DNA of 64,000 nt from Octopus sinensis (GCF_006345805.1 NC_043014.1:42284001-42348000); one strand, 5' to 3'. Shown: positions 50,687-63,639, counted from the first letter of the stretch. Numbers and translations: made by a program. The notes: generated by a model not told the origin, from the sequence alone.

Positions 50687-51605
50687 CCCTTTAGCATTTA
50701 AACCGGCCATATCCGGCCAAAAGTATTCTGCCTGTTTTATGTTCAAACTGGCCAGATCTGGTCTCTCACACCAACCCTACAATATCATTTTAAAAATTAA
50801 CAGCTACCTCATCAAAATCTCATAGCTACAAGATAATGCATGATTAGTTCAAAACAATGATGATGAAAAAGGATAAAGTTAAGTTAATTTTTTGGCTCAA
50901 AAAGCAAAAAGCAAGGCCATGTAGGGGGACATGGAGTTATGTACAGGGAGGGTGTTCATACAAAGAGTTCAGGCCATTTGTGGTCAAGAGAGACTTTGAA
51001 CCGAGCAGTCGTCAGCATCTTCACTATCTCGTCCGGCAGCTTATTCTACGGATCCGCAACCTGGACGGAGAAAGCTCCTCTCCTTCGATTGAGATGAAAT
51101 CATCGCAGATAGAGCTTTTCAGAATGACCCCGCAGCCGACGCCTTGGAGCAGGAGTGAAGAACAGCTCTTTCGAGAGGTTACACTTTCCACTTATGATGT
51201 TGTGAGCAAGAATGAGATCACCACAGCGTCGTCGTTTTTCTAGAGAATAAAGGTCGAGCGTCTTCAGCCTTTCTTCATAAGACAAATGCTTGAGACCAAG
51301 AACCATGCGGGTAGCCAGCTTCTGGACTATTTCGAGATGATGTATGTCTTTGAGGAGATAAGGAGAAGAGGCTTGAATCCTGTACTCCAATATGGGTCTC
51401 ACCAGCGTGACGTAGAGCGGTAGGAATATGGCTGCTGTGAGCATTCTGAATGACTGTCGAATCAAAAACAGAACTCCGCGTGCTTTGTTGGCAGCATGGA
51501 CGTACTGGGCCGAGCAAGAATGAGATCACCACGGCGGCAGCGTTTTTCTAGAGAATAGAGGTCGAGCGTCTTCAGCTTGGCAGAATAATGTGAACACTAA
51601 AAGAG
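50687..51605. mobile_element. piggyBac-like MITE-P2 (TTAA flanks) split by CR1 insertion(s)
   Basis: TTAA|CCCTTTAGCA at 50683-50696; CACTAAAAGAG|TTAA at 51606-51609; continuity shown by the 23106-23270 relic. Confidence 0.6.
50885..51576 (-). pseudogene. CR1-clade LINE 3' fragment(s)
   Basis: ORF 51100-51465 LVRPILEY..SPYL.KDI..LE.VQK.ATR.V.GL..LSYEERL..LEKRR..GDLI...RGH, continuing NKLP..V...FK..LD. Confidence 0.92.
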
Positions 51606-51649
51606 TTAAAGGTTAATTCTAGAAAACATTACGTGCAGTGTTCGGACTA

Positions 51650-52052
51650 CTCTTTTTCTCTTTTTACTTGTTTCAGTCATTTGACTGCGGCCATGCTGGA
51701 GCACTGCCTTTAGTCGAGCAAATCGACCCCAGGACTTATTCTTTGTAAGCCCAGTACTTATTCTATCGGTCTCTTTTGCCGAACCGCTAAGTTACGGGGA
51801 CGTAAACACACCAGCATCGGTTGTCAAGCAATGCTAGGGGAACAAACACAGACACACAAACATATTCACACACACTTATATATATATATACATATATATG
51901 ACAGGCTTCTTTCAGTTTCCGTCTACCAAATCCACTCACAAGGCATTGGTCGGCCCGGGGCTATAGCAGAAGACACGTGCCCAAGATGCCACGCAGTGGG
52001 ACTGAACCCGGAACCATGTGGTTGGTTAGCAAGCTACTTACCAAACAGCCAC
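51650..52052 (-). mobile_element. SINE-A, head slightly truncated
   Basis: Family match; absent from the paralogous segment at 45.7 kb. Confidence 0.9.
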
Positions 52053-52532
52053 ATTCAAGTAAACACATCCATATTCTGAATTTTACTTAATAAAACTGAT
52101 ACACATTTTGTTGCGATGCTTTTCATGAATTACTTTTGAAGTCTTTTATAGAACCCAGGCAACATCTGCAACGATACAAAGTAATACAGATATGTTCAAC
52201 ATCTGATGTTGAGAGAGTTCATAGGAGTAGCATATTACAGCTGACGAGATGAGAAATATAAGGTTGGGGCGGCAGAGAATGGCTATTGTTAGTGTAACTG
52301 CTGGACTCCCATTCTATTATTATTATTATTATTATTGATATCTGGCACATTACAAGTATTGATTCAGAAGGTTTTTCACATGTTTTATTAGATATCTACA
52401 TTTCATTTTATCAGGTCGGTATAACAGATGGACGTATTCTATGCAGTTACTATAAGCGGATTTGGTAGATGGAACTGAAAGAAGCCCGTCGTATATACGT
52501 ATATATATATATATATATAATATATATATATA

Positions 52533-52577
<45 letters not shown>

Positions 52578-52581
<4 letters not shown>

Positions 52582-52984
52582 GCAGGAGTGGCTGTGTGGT
52601 AAGTAGCTTGTTTACCAACCACATGGTCCCAGGTTCAGTCCCACTGCGTGGCACCTTGGGCAATGTCTTCTACTATAGCCTCGGGCCGACCAAAGCCTTG
52701 TGAGTGGATTTGGTAGACGGAAACTGAAAGAAGCCCGTCGTATATATGTATATATATATATATATGCGTGTGTGTCTTTGTGTGTCTGTGTTTGTCCCCC
52801 TAGCATTGCTTGACAACCGATGCTGGTGTGTTGTCTCCGTTACTTAGCGGTTCGGCAAAAGAGACCGATAGAATAAGTACTGGGCTTACAAAAGAATAAG
52901 TCCTGGGGTCGAGTTGCTCGATTAAAGGCGGTGCTCCAGCATGGCCACAGTCAGATGACTGAAACAAGTAAAAGAGTAAAGAGT
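52578..52984 (+). mobile_element. SINE-A
   Basis: Full family structure; inverted relative to 51650-52052. Confidence 0.9.
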
Positions 52985-53145
52985 ATATATATATATTTCT
53001 TTTGTCATAGCTGCTATATCTTTATTATGTATTTTAAAGCTGTGTCTTAACACTTATATGGATTAAATGCATGGAATCACTGCCTTGTTTTGTCAGTAAA
53101 ATAAACACTATTACGGTTCCTTGTTCCTTATTCTTTTATTTTTTT

Positions 53146-53688
53146 AGCATGCTGGGCGAAACGCTAAGCGGTATTTCATCTACCGTTAGGTTCTGAGTTC
53201 AAATTCCACCGAGGTCAACTTTACCTTTCATCCTTTTGGGTTTGATTAAATAAGTACCAGTTACGCACTGGGTTCGATGTAATCGACTTAATCCGTTTGT
53301 CTGTCCTTGTTTGTCCTCTCTGTGTTTAGCCCCTTGTAGGTGGTAAAGAAATAGGTATTTCATCTACCGTTATGTTCTGAGTTCAAATTCCACCGAGGTC
53401 AACTTTTCCTTTCATCCTTTTGGGATCGATAAATTAAGTACCAGTTACGCACTGGGGTCAATGTAATCGATTTAATCCGTTTGTCTGTCCTTGTTTGTCC
53501 CCTCTGTGTTTAGCCCCTTGTGGGTAGTAAAGAAATAGGTATTTCATCTACCGTTATGTTCTGAGTTCAAATTCAACCTGAATCTTGCTGAGAACTACTT
53601 TAAGGGTATGCGTGTCATTAGAGTGGTCAGATATTCGTTCCCAAGCAGGCTGTTCCATTGACTTGATTAACTGGAACCATTGTTGTTG

Positions 53689-53722
<34 letters not shown>

Positions 53723-53895
53723 TATATACATATGTTCTGAGTTCAAATTCAGCCGAGGTTGACTTTGCCTTTCATCCTTTTGGGGTCGATTAAATAAGTA
53801 CCAGTTAATCACTGCGGTCAATGTAATCGACTAAATTCCCTTGTCTGTCCTTGTTTGTCCCCTCTATGTTTAGCCCGCCCCCGTGGGCAATAAAG

Positions 53896-53900
<5 letters not shown>
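53146..53900 (+). mobile_element. SINE-B trimer (third unit truncated) plus a separate headless copy about 53735-53900
   Basis: Junctions AAAGAAATA|GGTATTTC at 53353/53354 and 53537/53538. Confidence 0.88.
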
Positions 53901-53941
<41 letters not shown>

Positions 53942-54104
53942 CGTTAGGAAAGGCATCCAGCTGTAGAAACATTGCCAGATAAGACTGGAGCCTGGTGCAG
54001 CCTTCTGGCTTCCCAGATCCCCGGTCGAACCGTCCAACCCATGCTAGCATGGAGAACGTACGTTAAACGATGATGATGATGATGCATGTATATATATATA
54101 TATA

Positions 54105-54319
54105 TATATTAGGGAGTATAACTCCAAAGTTACAGGGAAAAATTCAATTTAGTATAAAATCAATTTCACAATATAAATATATAATATATAAATTAGAGAA
54201 AAAACCACTATTATGCAATTCAAACAATGATAGACATAAACCAAATCATAAATAAAAAATGAAATATATTTTTATAAAACAATTAACTAGATCACAAAAA
54301 GTATAAAAATGAATAATCA

Positions 54320-54351
<32 letters not shown>

Positions 54352-54510
54352 CTTATTATATATAGATTATTCATTTTTATCCTTTTTGTGATCTAGTTAA
54401 TTGTTTTATAAAAATATATTTTATTTTTTATTTATGATTTGGTTTATGTCTATCATTGTTTGAATTGCATAATAGTGGTTTTTCTCTAATTTATATTATA
54501 TATATATATA
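54105..54510. repeat. PLE-type terminal repeat forming a palindrome centred on (TA)n
   Basis: About 54170-54320 is the reverse complement of about 54365-54510. Confidence 0.75.
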
Positions 54511-54544
54511 TACATACATATATATTTGTATATATATATATATA

Positions 54545-54660
54545 CTAGCAGCTAAGCCCGGTTTCACCTGGTTGGTTTGGATGATGTAGCTGTAAAACCT
54601 GCTCTGTGTAAGCATTCAACTTATTTGGGCATGCTTACATTAAAAAACAATTTTAGAATG
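54545..54660 (-). mobile_element. Possible 3' end of a second Helitron family
   Basis: Imperfect hairpin CCAGGTGAAACCGGG then CTAG|T; no 5' TC end identified. Confidence 0.4.
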
Positions 54661-54664
54661 ACTT

Positions 54665-55070
54665 AGGAATGGCTGTATGGTAAGTAGCTTGTTTACCAAC
54701 CACATGGTTCTGGGTTCAGTCCCACTGCGTGGCACCATGGGCAAGTGTCTTCTACTATAGTCTCGAGCCAACCAAAGCCTTGTGAGTGGATTTGGTAGAC
54801 GGAAGCTGAAAGAAGCCCATTGTATATATGTATGTATATATATATGTATGTGTGTGTGTGTGTGTATGTTATGTATCTGTGTTTGTCTCCCCAACATTGC
54901 TTGACAACCGACGCTGGTGTGTTTATGTCCCCGTCACTTAGCGGTTCAGCAAAAGAGAACGATAGAATAAGTACTGGGCTTACAAAGAATAAGTCCTGGG
55001 GTCGATTTGATTTGACTAAAGGCGGTGCTCCAGCATGGCCGCAGTCAAATGACTGAAACAAGTAAAAGAA
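54665..55070 (+). mobile_element. SINE-A
   Basis: Family match. Confidence 0.88.
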
Positions 55071-55200
55071 CAGTAAAAAGGATTACTGAAATTACATAAT
55101 TGCAAATCATTTATATTTAAATGCCAGTGGGCACAAAAATCTTCATGTAAAAAAGATTAAATAAATTACAAACAAAATCTGATTAATTCAAAACGATATG

Positions 55201-55792
55201 AACAAGAGCACTCAGAGAGCACAAACTTCTGCCAAGGTAACACCAATGTCCTCTCAATGATTAGCCAGAGACGATTTTTAACTCTTTCGTTACCAACCCG
55301 GCTGAAACCGGCCATAGCTCTGAGTACAAATGTCTTGTTTTCATAAGTTCTGAATTAAAATCTTCCACCAAACCTTAGTCACAATTTATGTTTGTAACAC
55401 TAGCTTAATGATAACCAAGTTATTTTACTAAATTCTTTGTTATATTTAAAGTAATTGAAAGAAACACAGAGCATCTCAGTAATGAAAGGGTTAAAGTGAG
55501 AATATCTGAAATAAACTCAACTGAAATAAAGCTCTCACAAATGAAAATACTAAAAATGAACCCGACCGCTCTCAAAAATTACAAGAAAAAAAGAAAAATA
55601 ATCCAGAATCCTTGTCTGGCAGCGAATCAATCCCAAAATCTAATCAGTTTGTGCCAGTTACATGGTTAAACATCTCTGAAAGTTTCATCCAAATCCATCC
55701 AGCGGTTCTTGAGATATCTTGTTCATGGACAAACAAACAAACAAACACGACTGAAAACAATACCTCCGCTTTTGCTAAGGCAGAGGTAATAA
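55201..55792 (+). mobile_element. Helentron/DINE-like element carrying a MITE-P1 insertion
   Basis: Aligns to the reverse complement of 8307-8670; (CAAA)n and 3' hairpin ACCTCCGC...GCAGAGGT. Confidence 0.6.
55282..55490. mobile_element. piggyBac-like MITE-P1 with TTAA TSD
   Basis: TTAA|CTCTTTCGTTAC...GTAATGAAAGGG|TTAA; single TTAA at the empty site 8590-8593. Confidence 0.9.
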
Positions 55793-56153
55793 ATAAGTAT
55801 TACACTTGAATAATCAAAATAAATGGCACGCCGTTAATTATGACAGCAAAAGTTCCAGTTGATGCAATCAATGGAAGAATCTGCTTGCGAAATTAATGTG
55901 CAAGTGGCTGAGTACTCCACAGTTAACATATTATTATCTAAGATTTGTTTTAACTCATGAATGTGATCGGGCATTGAAAAGTTTGTGGCTTTAGGTAAAA
56001 GAAAATACAGGGGGATCTGTTAATTATGATTTTATTCAATGTATTCCTCTAACAGATTCACACGATTATTACAGTGGTACTTCAGTTTTTCTAATTCCTG
56101 TAAAAGAACTGGGAAGGTTGTGCCTCCAACCAGGCCTTTCGTGATTCCTTTAA

Positions 56154-56737
56154 CCCTTTCGTTACCAACCCGGCTGTGGCTCTGAGTACAAATATCTTGT
56201 TTTCATAATTTGTTCCTAACACTAGCTTAATGATAACCAAGTTATTTTACTAAATTCTTTGTTATATTTAAAGTAATTGAAAGAAACACAGAGCATCTCA
56301 AAATAAAATAAATACAGGTGCAGTGGCTGTGTGGTAAGTAGCTTGTTTACCAGCCACATGGTTCCGGGTTCAGTCCACTGCGTTGGCACCTGGGCAAGTG
56401 TCTTCTACTATAGCCTCGGGCCGACCAAAAGCCCTTGTGAGTGGATTTGGTAGACGGAAACTGAAAGAAGCCCGTCGTATATATCTATATATATATATGT
56501 GGTGTGTGTTGTGTGTCTGTGTTTGTCCCCCTAGCATTGCTTGACAACCGATGCTGGTGTGTTTATGTCCCCGTTACTTAGCGGTTCGGCAAAAGAGACC
56601 GATAGAATAAGTACTACGCTTACAAAAGAGTAAGTCCTGGGGTCGAGTTGCTTGATTAAAGGTGGTGCTCCAGCATGGCCACAGTCAAATGACTGAAACA
56701 AGTAAAAAGAGAAAAAATAAATACAGTAACAAAAGGG
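56154..56737. mobile_element. MITE-P1 interrupted by SINE-A (56316-56713, TSD AAAATAAATAC)
   Basis: TTAA|CCCTTTCGTTAC...GTAACAAAAGGG|TTAA; TSD at 56305-56315 and 56714-56724. Confidence 0.9.
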
Positions 56738-56994
56738 TTAAAGCCAGGACCTTTTCAGCATTCCCCTCATCTGTGTTACAGTCCCATACATAAATGGGCA
56801 GATTTGTGGTGTTGAGAACTTGGAAGGTCTATTTGAACTCCCCATCCCAGCTGCTCCATTTAAATGTTAGATAAGGCACATGAAATTAACAAGTGGCTGA
56901 ATACTCCAGAGACACACGTACGCTTAACCCTAAACATAGTTCTCAGGGAGATTCAGTATGTCTCAGAATATAACAAGTCTGACCCTTTGATAAG

Positions 56995-57432
56995 GCAGCG
57001 AGCTGGCAGAAATGTTAGCACGCCAGGCGAAATGCTTAGCTGTATTTCGTCTGCCGTTACGTTCTGAGTTCAAATTCCGCCGAGGTCGACTTTGACTTTC
57101 GGGTCGATAAATTAAGTACCAGTTACGCACTGGGGTTGATCTAATCGACTTAACCCCTTTGTCTGTCCTTGTTTGTCCCCTCTATGTTTAGCCCCTTGTG
57201 GGCAATAAAGAAATAAGAAACGTTAGCAAGCCGGCCGAAATGCTTAGCGGTATTTCGTCTGCCATTAGGTTCCGAGTTCAAATTCCGCCGAGGTCGACTT
57301 TGCCTTTCATCCTTTCAGGGTCGATAAATTAAGTACCAGTTGCGCACTGGGGTCGGGGTAATTGACTTAATACCTTTGTCTGTCCTTGTTTGTCCCCTCT
57401 ATGTTTAGCCCCTTGTGAGTAGTAAAGAAATA
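56995..57432 (+). mobile_element. SINE-B dimer with alternative junction
   Basis: AAAGAAATA|AGAAACGTTAGC at 57215/57216. Confidence 0.88.
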
Positions 57433-58943
57433 TATACAAATCCACAATTTTTCAGTTAGAGGGCTCACACTTTCTATAGTAATTCAAAACCATCCAAGGG
57501 TGGTCGTACACATCTTTACATTTCCCCAGTCACCCCGCAAAGCCATTAGAAAAAATCTATAGAAGTGACTTTTTTGTGAATTTTCTATCCAAAACCCAAT
57601 CAAAATGCCCGAAACTTGATACGCCAATTGAATGCCAGCTAGCTGTATGTGACTGGTGTCGGAGATTTGGACAGTACTTGCATGTATCTGCACACGCACG
57701 CAGCTGTATATGCATGCACTAGCACTATGACCCGGCAACACCAGGTCATAGTGCTAGTTTGCTATAAAAAGTTATTTCAATGACACCATTCTGTTGTCAG
57801 ACTTGAACCTTGGTGTTGAGATCAAACAAGTTTATAAACCATTGTTTAATAGAAAAGTAATGAGACGAAGTTTCCTCATTATAGCTGTTTCAGCTCAAAT
57901 GATGCTCTTATGCAAAAGCATAACTGTCACATAAATTGCCTTTTATTTCTGTCTTCTTTCACATCAACGTATGGCCTTGTGTCAATATTTAATATCTATT
58001 TTACTAGTGTACTTATATCATCAAAAATTATGACAATATTATTAGCTACAGAGAATAGCACATCTGTTCAAATAAAATGTCTTTCTTGTGTGTGTATATA
58101 TATATATATATGAGTGTGTGTGTACATGTATATATATATGTAGGTGCAGGTGTGGTAAGAAGTTTGCTTCCCAACCACATGGTTCTGGGTTCAGTCCCAC
58201 TGCGTGGCACCTTGGGTAAGTGTCTTCTATTATAGCCTTGGGCCAACCAAAGCCTTGAGTGGATTTGGTAAATGGAAACTGAAGTAAGCTTGTCGTATAT
58301 ACATACACACACACACATCTATAATAATAAATGCTGAAATGAATTTCAGTGTGTCACACTTTGACCCCCCACCCTCACTATTCAATGACGCTTCTACTAT
58401 TCCTCATGATGGGGTGAGAGTAATAGCAGGCATAGAGATGTTAAGGGTGGTAGTAGATTGACGGTTGTCATGGTAATGGAGTGATAGTAATCGAAGTGGA
58501 GTTGACGGTAATGATGGTGGTGGTGGTGGTAGCTGAGGCAGTCAGGGATGATGGTGATAGTAAATGAAGTGAAAGACAGTGGTGATGGTGGTGGAGGGGA
58601 AGGCAGCAAAGTCAAAGGTACTGGTTGTGGTGGCGTCAGAAGTCTGAATGGTGTATGGCAGTGGTACTGGGGATAGTGATGATTGAAAACAATGAACAGA
58701 AAGAGATTAAACAGAAAAAAATTGTACTGAGCCCCGAATGGGAAGACAAAAAGGGTTGTTTATCATGCAGCTTTGCAATAAGTTCCAAGTCGACAAATTC
58801 TATCATTGTCTAGATTAAAATTGTTCCGTGCTTGAAAAATATTGGTCAAGTTTGATAAAATTCAATATGTACTCAATGCAGCTGAAGTGTCACTGGTTGG
58901 GCCCAAGGAAGAGCCCTCTGCAGGTGTCTTTTAAGCTAGTATT

Positions 58944-59420
58944 ATATATATATATATATATATAATATATATATGTGTATATAATATATATATATATGTG
59001 TATATATATATAATATGTGTATATATAATATATATCTATGTGTATATATATATATATATATATATTATGTGTATATATATATATATATGTGTGTATATAT
59101 ATATAGATATTTATATATATATATTATATGATATATTATATGTATATATATAATATATATTAGATATGTATAGTATATATGTTATATATGTTATATATAT
59201 GTATATATATATATTATATATGTATAATATATCTGTAATATATATATATGTATATATAGTATATATATGTAATATAGTATATGTATATATTATATATATA
59301 GTATATATATATATATATATTATATATAATTATATATATAATAGGTATTAGATATATATATATTAATATATAGATATAGATAGTATATATATATATATAT
59401 ATGTAGAATATATATATATG

Positions 59421-59452
<32 letters not shown>

Positions 59453-59470
59453 GTATAATATATATATATG

Positions 59471-59503
<33 letters not shown>

Positions 59504-59686
59504 GTATATATATATGTATGTATATATATATATGTATATATATATATGTATGTATATATATATATATGTATATATATATAATATATACTGTATGTAATAT
59601 ATATATATATGATATCTATATATATAGATATATTATATATATATAATGTATATATATATATCTATATGTATATATATATATATGTA

Positions 59687-59724
<38 letters not shown>

Positions 59725-59736
59725 TATATATATATG

Positions 59737-59784
<48 letters not shown>

Positions 59785-59898
59785 TATATTATAGATAGAT
59801 ATATATATATATATATGTATTATATATTATATCTATATATATATATATATATATATATGTAATAATATATATAGATATATATGTTATATATATATATG

Positions 59899-59945
<47 letters not shown>

Positions 59946-60290
59946 GTATATATATATATATGTATATATATATAGATGTAATATATATATATATGTATAT
60001 ATATATATGTATATATATATATGTATATTATATATATGGTATATAGATATATATATATATATAATATGTTATATATATATATGTATATAATATATGTATA
60101 TATATATTATATGTAATATATCTATATATACATATATATATCTATAGAATGTAATATATATATGTATATATATATCTGTATATATAGTATATATATATAT
60201 GTAATATCTATAGCTATATATGTCATATATATATATATATATCGTATATATATTATATATATGTATATATATTATATATATGTATATATC

Positions 60291-60321
<31 letters not shown>

Positions 60322-60516
60322 GTATATATATATGTATAATATATATGTATATATATATGTATATTTATATGATATATATATGTATATATATATGTATATA
60401 TTATATATATATATATCTCTATGTCTATATATATGTAATATATAATATATATATATATATATATTATAGATTATGTAATATATATATATATATGTATATA
60501 ATATATACTATATGTC

Positions 60517-60552
<36 letters not shown>

Positions 60553-60778
60553 GATGTATATAATATATATATATTATATATATATAATATATATATATTA
60601 TATATATATTATAGATATATATATTATATATATTTGTTCTATATATAATATATATATATATATAGTGTAAGTATAGATATGTATATATATGTATATATAT
60701 ATATATGTGTATATATATATATATGTATATATATGTATATATGTGTATATATATATATGTATTATATATATATATGAT
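58944..60778. repeat. ~1.8-kb interrupted (TA)n tract
   Basis: Direct reading. Confidence 0.95.
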
Positions 60779-61179
60779 ATAAAATCAGTGGTGGGTGTTT
60801 GTGTCCCTGTAACTTAGCAGTTCAGCAAAAGAGATAGATAGAATAGGTACCGGGGTTTACAAAAAAAAAAGAAAAAAGTACTTGGGTTGATTCATTCCAC
60901 TAAAAATTCTTCAGGGTAGGTGCCCCAGCATGGCCACAGTCTAAAATGACTGAAACATGACCTCTGCCAGTTACCGCCTGACTGGCCCTCGTGCCGGTGG
61001 CATGTAAAAGCACCAACTACACTCTTGGAGTGGTTGGCGTTAAGAAGGGCTTCCAGCTGTAGAAACTCTGCAAAATCAAGATTGGAGTCTGGTGCAGTCA
61101 TCTGGTTCGCCAGTCCTCAGTCAAATCATCCAACCCATGATAGCAAGGAAAGCAGACGTTAAATGACGACGATGAAGAT

Positions 61180-61471
61180 GTTGTTATATGTAAAGTAACT
61201 GAAAGAAACACAGAGCATCTCAACAGAAATATGGTAACAAAAGGGTTAACAAATGATTAATATCAACCCAGCTGAAACCAGCTCTGGCTCTGAGTACAAA
61301 TGTCTTGTTTACACAAGTTTTTAATTAAAATCTTCCACCAAACCTTACACACAATTTATGTTCCTAACACTAGCTTAATGATAACCAAGTTATTTTACTA
61401 AATTCTTTGTTATATTAAAAGTAATTGAAAGAAACACAGAGCATCTCAAAATAAATATGGCAACGAAAGGG
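61180..61471. mobile_element. Two adjacent MITE-P1 relics
   Basis: Right TIRs AAAGGG|TTAA at 61246-61249 and 61472-61475. Confidence 0.75.
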
Positions 61472-61737
61472 TTAAAAAGTAAGTGCGCCTTTTGATTGAA
61501 ATGGCAGTATTTGCCACAGTTCCCATTGCAAAATGCAAAAACATACATATGGGTGCTGGTGTGGCCGAGTAGTTAAAAGTTTGCTTTCCAACCACATGGT
61601 TCTAGGTTCAGTCCCAGCATGGCACCTTGGTTAAGTGTCTTCTATTATAGCCTTGGGCTGACCAAAGCTTTTTGAGTGGATATGGTAGATAGAAACTGAA
61701 GCAAGCAACTGAAGTGTATATATATATATATATATAA

Positions 61738-61948
61738 AATACAAAATGGGGCAAGAACGCAAAGCATCCAGACAACTAGGTGATACAAAAAGGGACAACA
61801 AAACATAGACGATACAAAAAAAAACAAGGACGGGTCATTTGAAGCTTTCTACCCTCAGTCAATATTGTCTATCTGGATGTTTTGTTGTCCCTTTTTGTAT
61901 CACCTAGTCGTCCGGATGTTGTTTTGCATTCTTGTCCCATTTTGTATT
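61738..61948. repeat. Inverted repeat (~65-bp arms), probably PLE-type
   Basis: ACAAAATGGGGCAAGAAC...GGGACAACAAAACAT is inverted at about 61877-61946. Confidence 0.7.
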
Positions 61949-61949
61949 C

Positions 61950-62135
61950 TATCATCATCATCATCGTTTAACGTCCGTTCTCCATGCTAGCATGGGTTGG
62001 ACGGTTCGACCGGGGATCTGGGAAGCCAGAAGGCTGCACCAAGCTCCAGTCTTATCTGGCAATGTTTCTACAGCTGGATGCCCTTCCTAACGCCAACCAC
62101 TCCGTGTGTAGTGGGTGCTTTTTACGTGCCACCCG
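61950..62135 (-). mobile_element. RTE-tail family copy
   Basis: (CAT)n GTTTAACGTCCGTTCTCCATGCTAGC... Confidence 0.85.
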
Positions 62136-62957
62136 CACGTAAAAATATATATAGCAGCATACGTACACTTTGTCCTCTTATATATATAGTGGCGTACGTA
62201 CACTTTGTCCTCTTATATATGTGTGTGTGTCTTTGTTTGTCCCTCAACACTGCTTGACAACCAGTGTTGGTATGTTGATATCTCTGTAACTTAGTGGTTC
62301 AACAAAAAAGACCAATACAATAAGTAACATGCTCAAAAAAAAAAAACAACAAATAGTACTACGGTCGATTCATTCAACTAAATTTTCAAGGGCAGTGCCC
62401 CCAGCATGGCCGCAGTCTAATGACTGACACAAGAAAAAATATTTAAAAAATACATACATATACAAATAAAAACAACGACAGTAGTTTTTTTAAAATTTCT
62501 TTGTCTTTATATTTTCAAGAATAAAATTCTTGTCATATTTCTTGATTTTATTATAATTAATATTTTTACTTATTTATTTTTTTTTTTTCAAATCATTTTT
62601 GTTTGGTTTCTTCAGACAAGAGATTCTTAAAAGACAAAAGTAAATAGTATCTGTCTATATTCTTTACACAAATAGTCATTTTTGTTTTTTGTTTGTTTGT
62701 AATTTTTTTTAAAACTTTACAGCTTTTTTTTTCTTCTTTATCCCCCCCTTCATCTTCCTCTTTCTCGTCATCCAGTTTTTTTTTTTTTTCCTCTTCTTTC
62801 TCCTCCCTAACCCCTTCCCCCCCATACTCACAAAAATAAAATAAACACCTTTTACAGAAATGTACAAACACATACATGTGCACACATTTACTATGTTATA
62901 ATGTTTATGCATAGCCATAATTCCTTCCCAAAATACGAAGATGACATACGGGCCCTT

Positions 62958-63003
<46 letters not shown>

Positions 63004-63639
63004 TATATACATATATATAGCTACAAGTTATAAATATGTGATTTAATGTAGCAATTAAGAATTGTCTTTTGTTTTGTAAGAATATAATCCGAATAAAAGA
63101 AGCAAAGCCGATTGTTTTTTTTTTTTTGCTTCTGTCTGTCTGTCTGTCTCTACAAGACCCCAGCCATCCATCCCTCCATCTCACAGTCATTGAAAGTAAC
63201 GGTACATCACACCTAGTTTATACGTTGCCTTCCCTCTCCCTTTCTCGTTCGATCTCTCTTCTCTCCGATATCTCCAATGAAAAGAACTTTGGCTATCAAA
63301 TGCTGTCCCTTGGGTGGTTAGGAAAAAAAAAAAAAACAACAAAAGAATCAATCAGTCCTGATTTCAAACAAGGAAGTTTTCACAACCTAAAACAGCGACA
63401 GACACAAGACACGATGATGGAACAGGCCTCAGGTTGGTTTCGCTCTGCAAGTCTCACCCGCAGTACAAAAACTGGAGGGAGGAGAAAGCAGTGTGTGGTG
63501 TGTGTGTGTGTTGACAGAACTGGAAAGGTGATAATGGTAGGAACAATGTATTCCCTCTCTCTCTCTCTCTCTCTCTCTTTCGAAGAGGCACAAGCACCTA
63601 CACGCACATATACATACATGGCAGTAACTTCCGCCTGCC

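Noticed and set aside
3322-58318. Recurrent ORFs MLGGQTQTH...CPRCHAVGLNPEP and MSSNARG...
   Set aside because: Antisense readings of SINE-A; the CxxC is incidental, not a gene family.
862-63200. Many long ORFs of MYVC, YIYI, HTHT, LLAC and IIII type
   Set aside because: Translations of (TATG)n, (TA)n, (CA)n, (AAGC)n and (TAA)n microsatellites.
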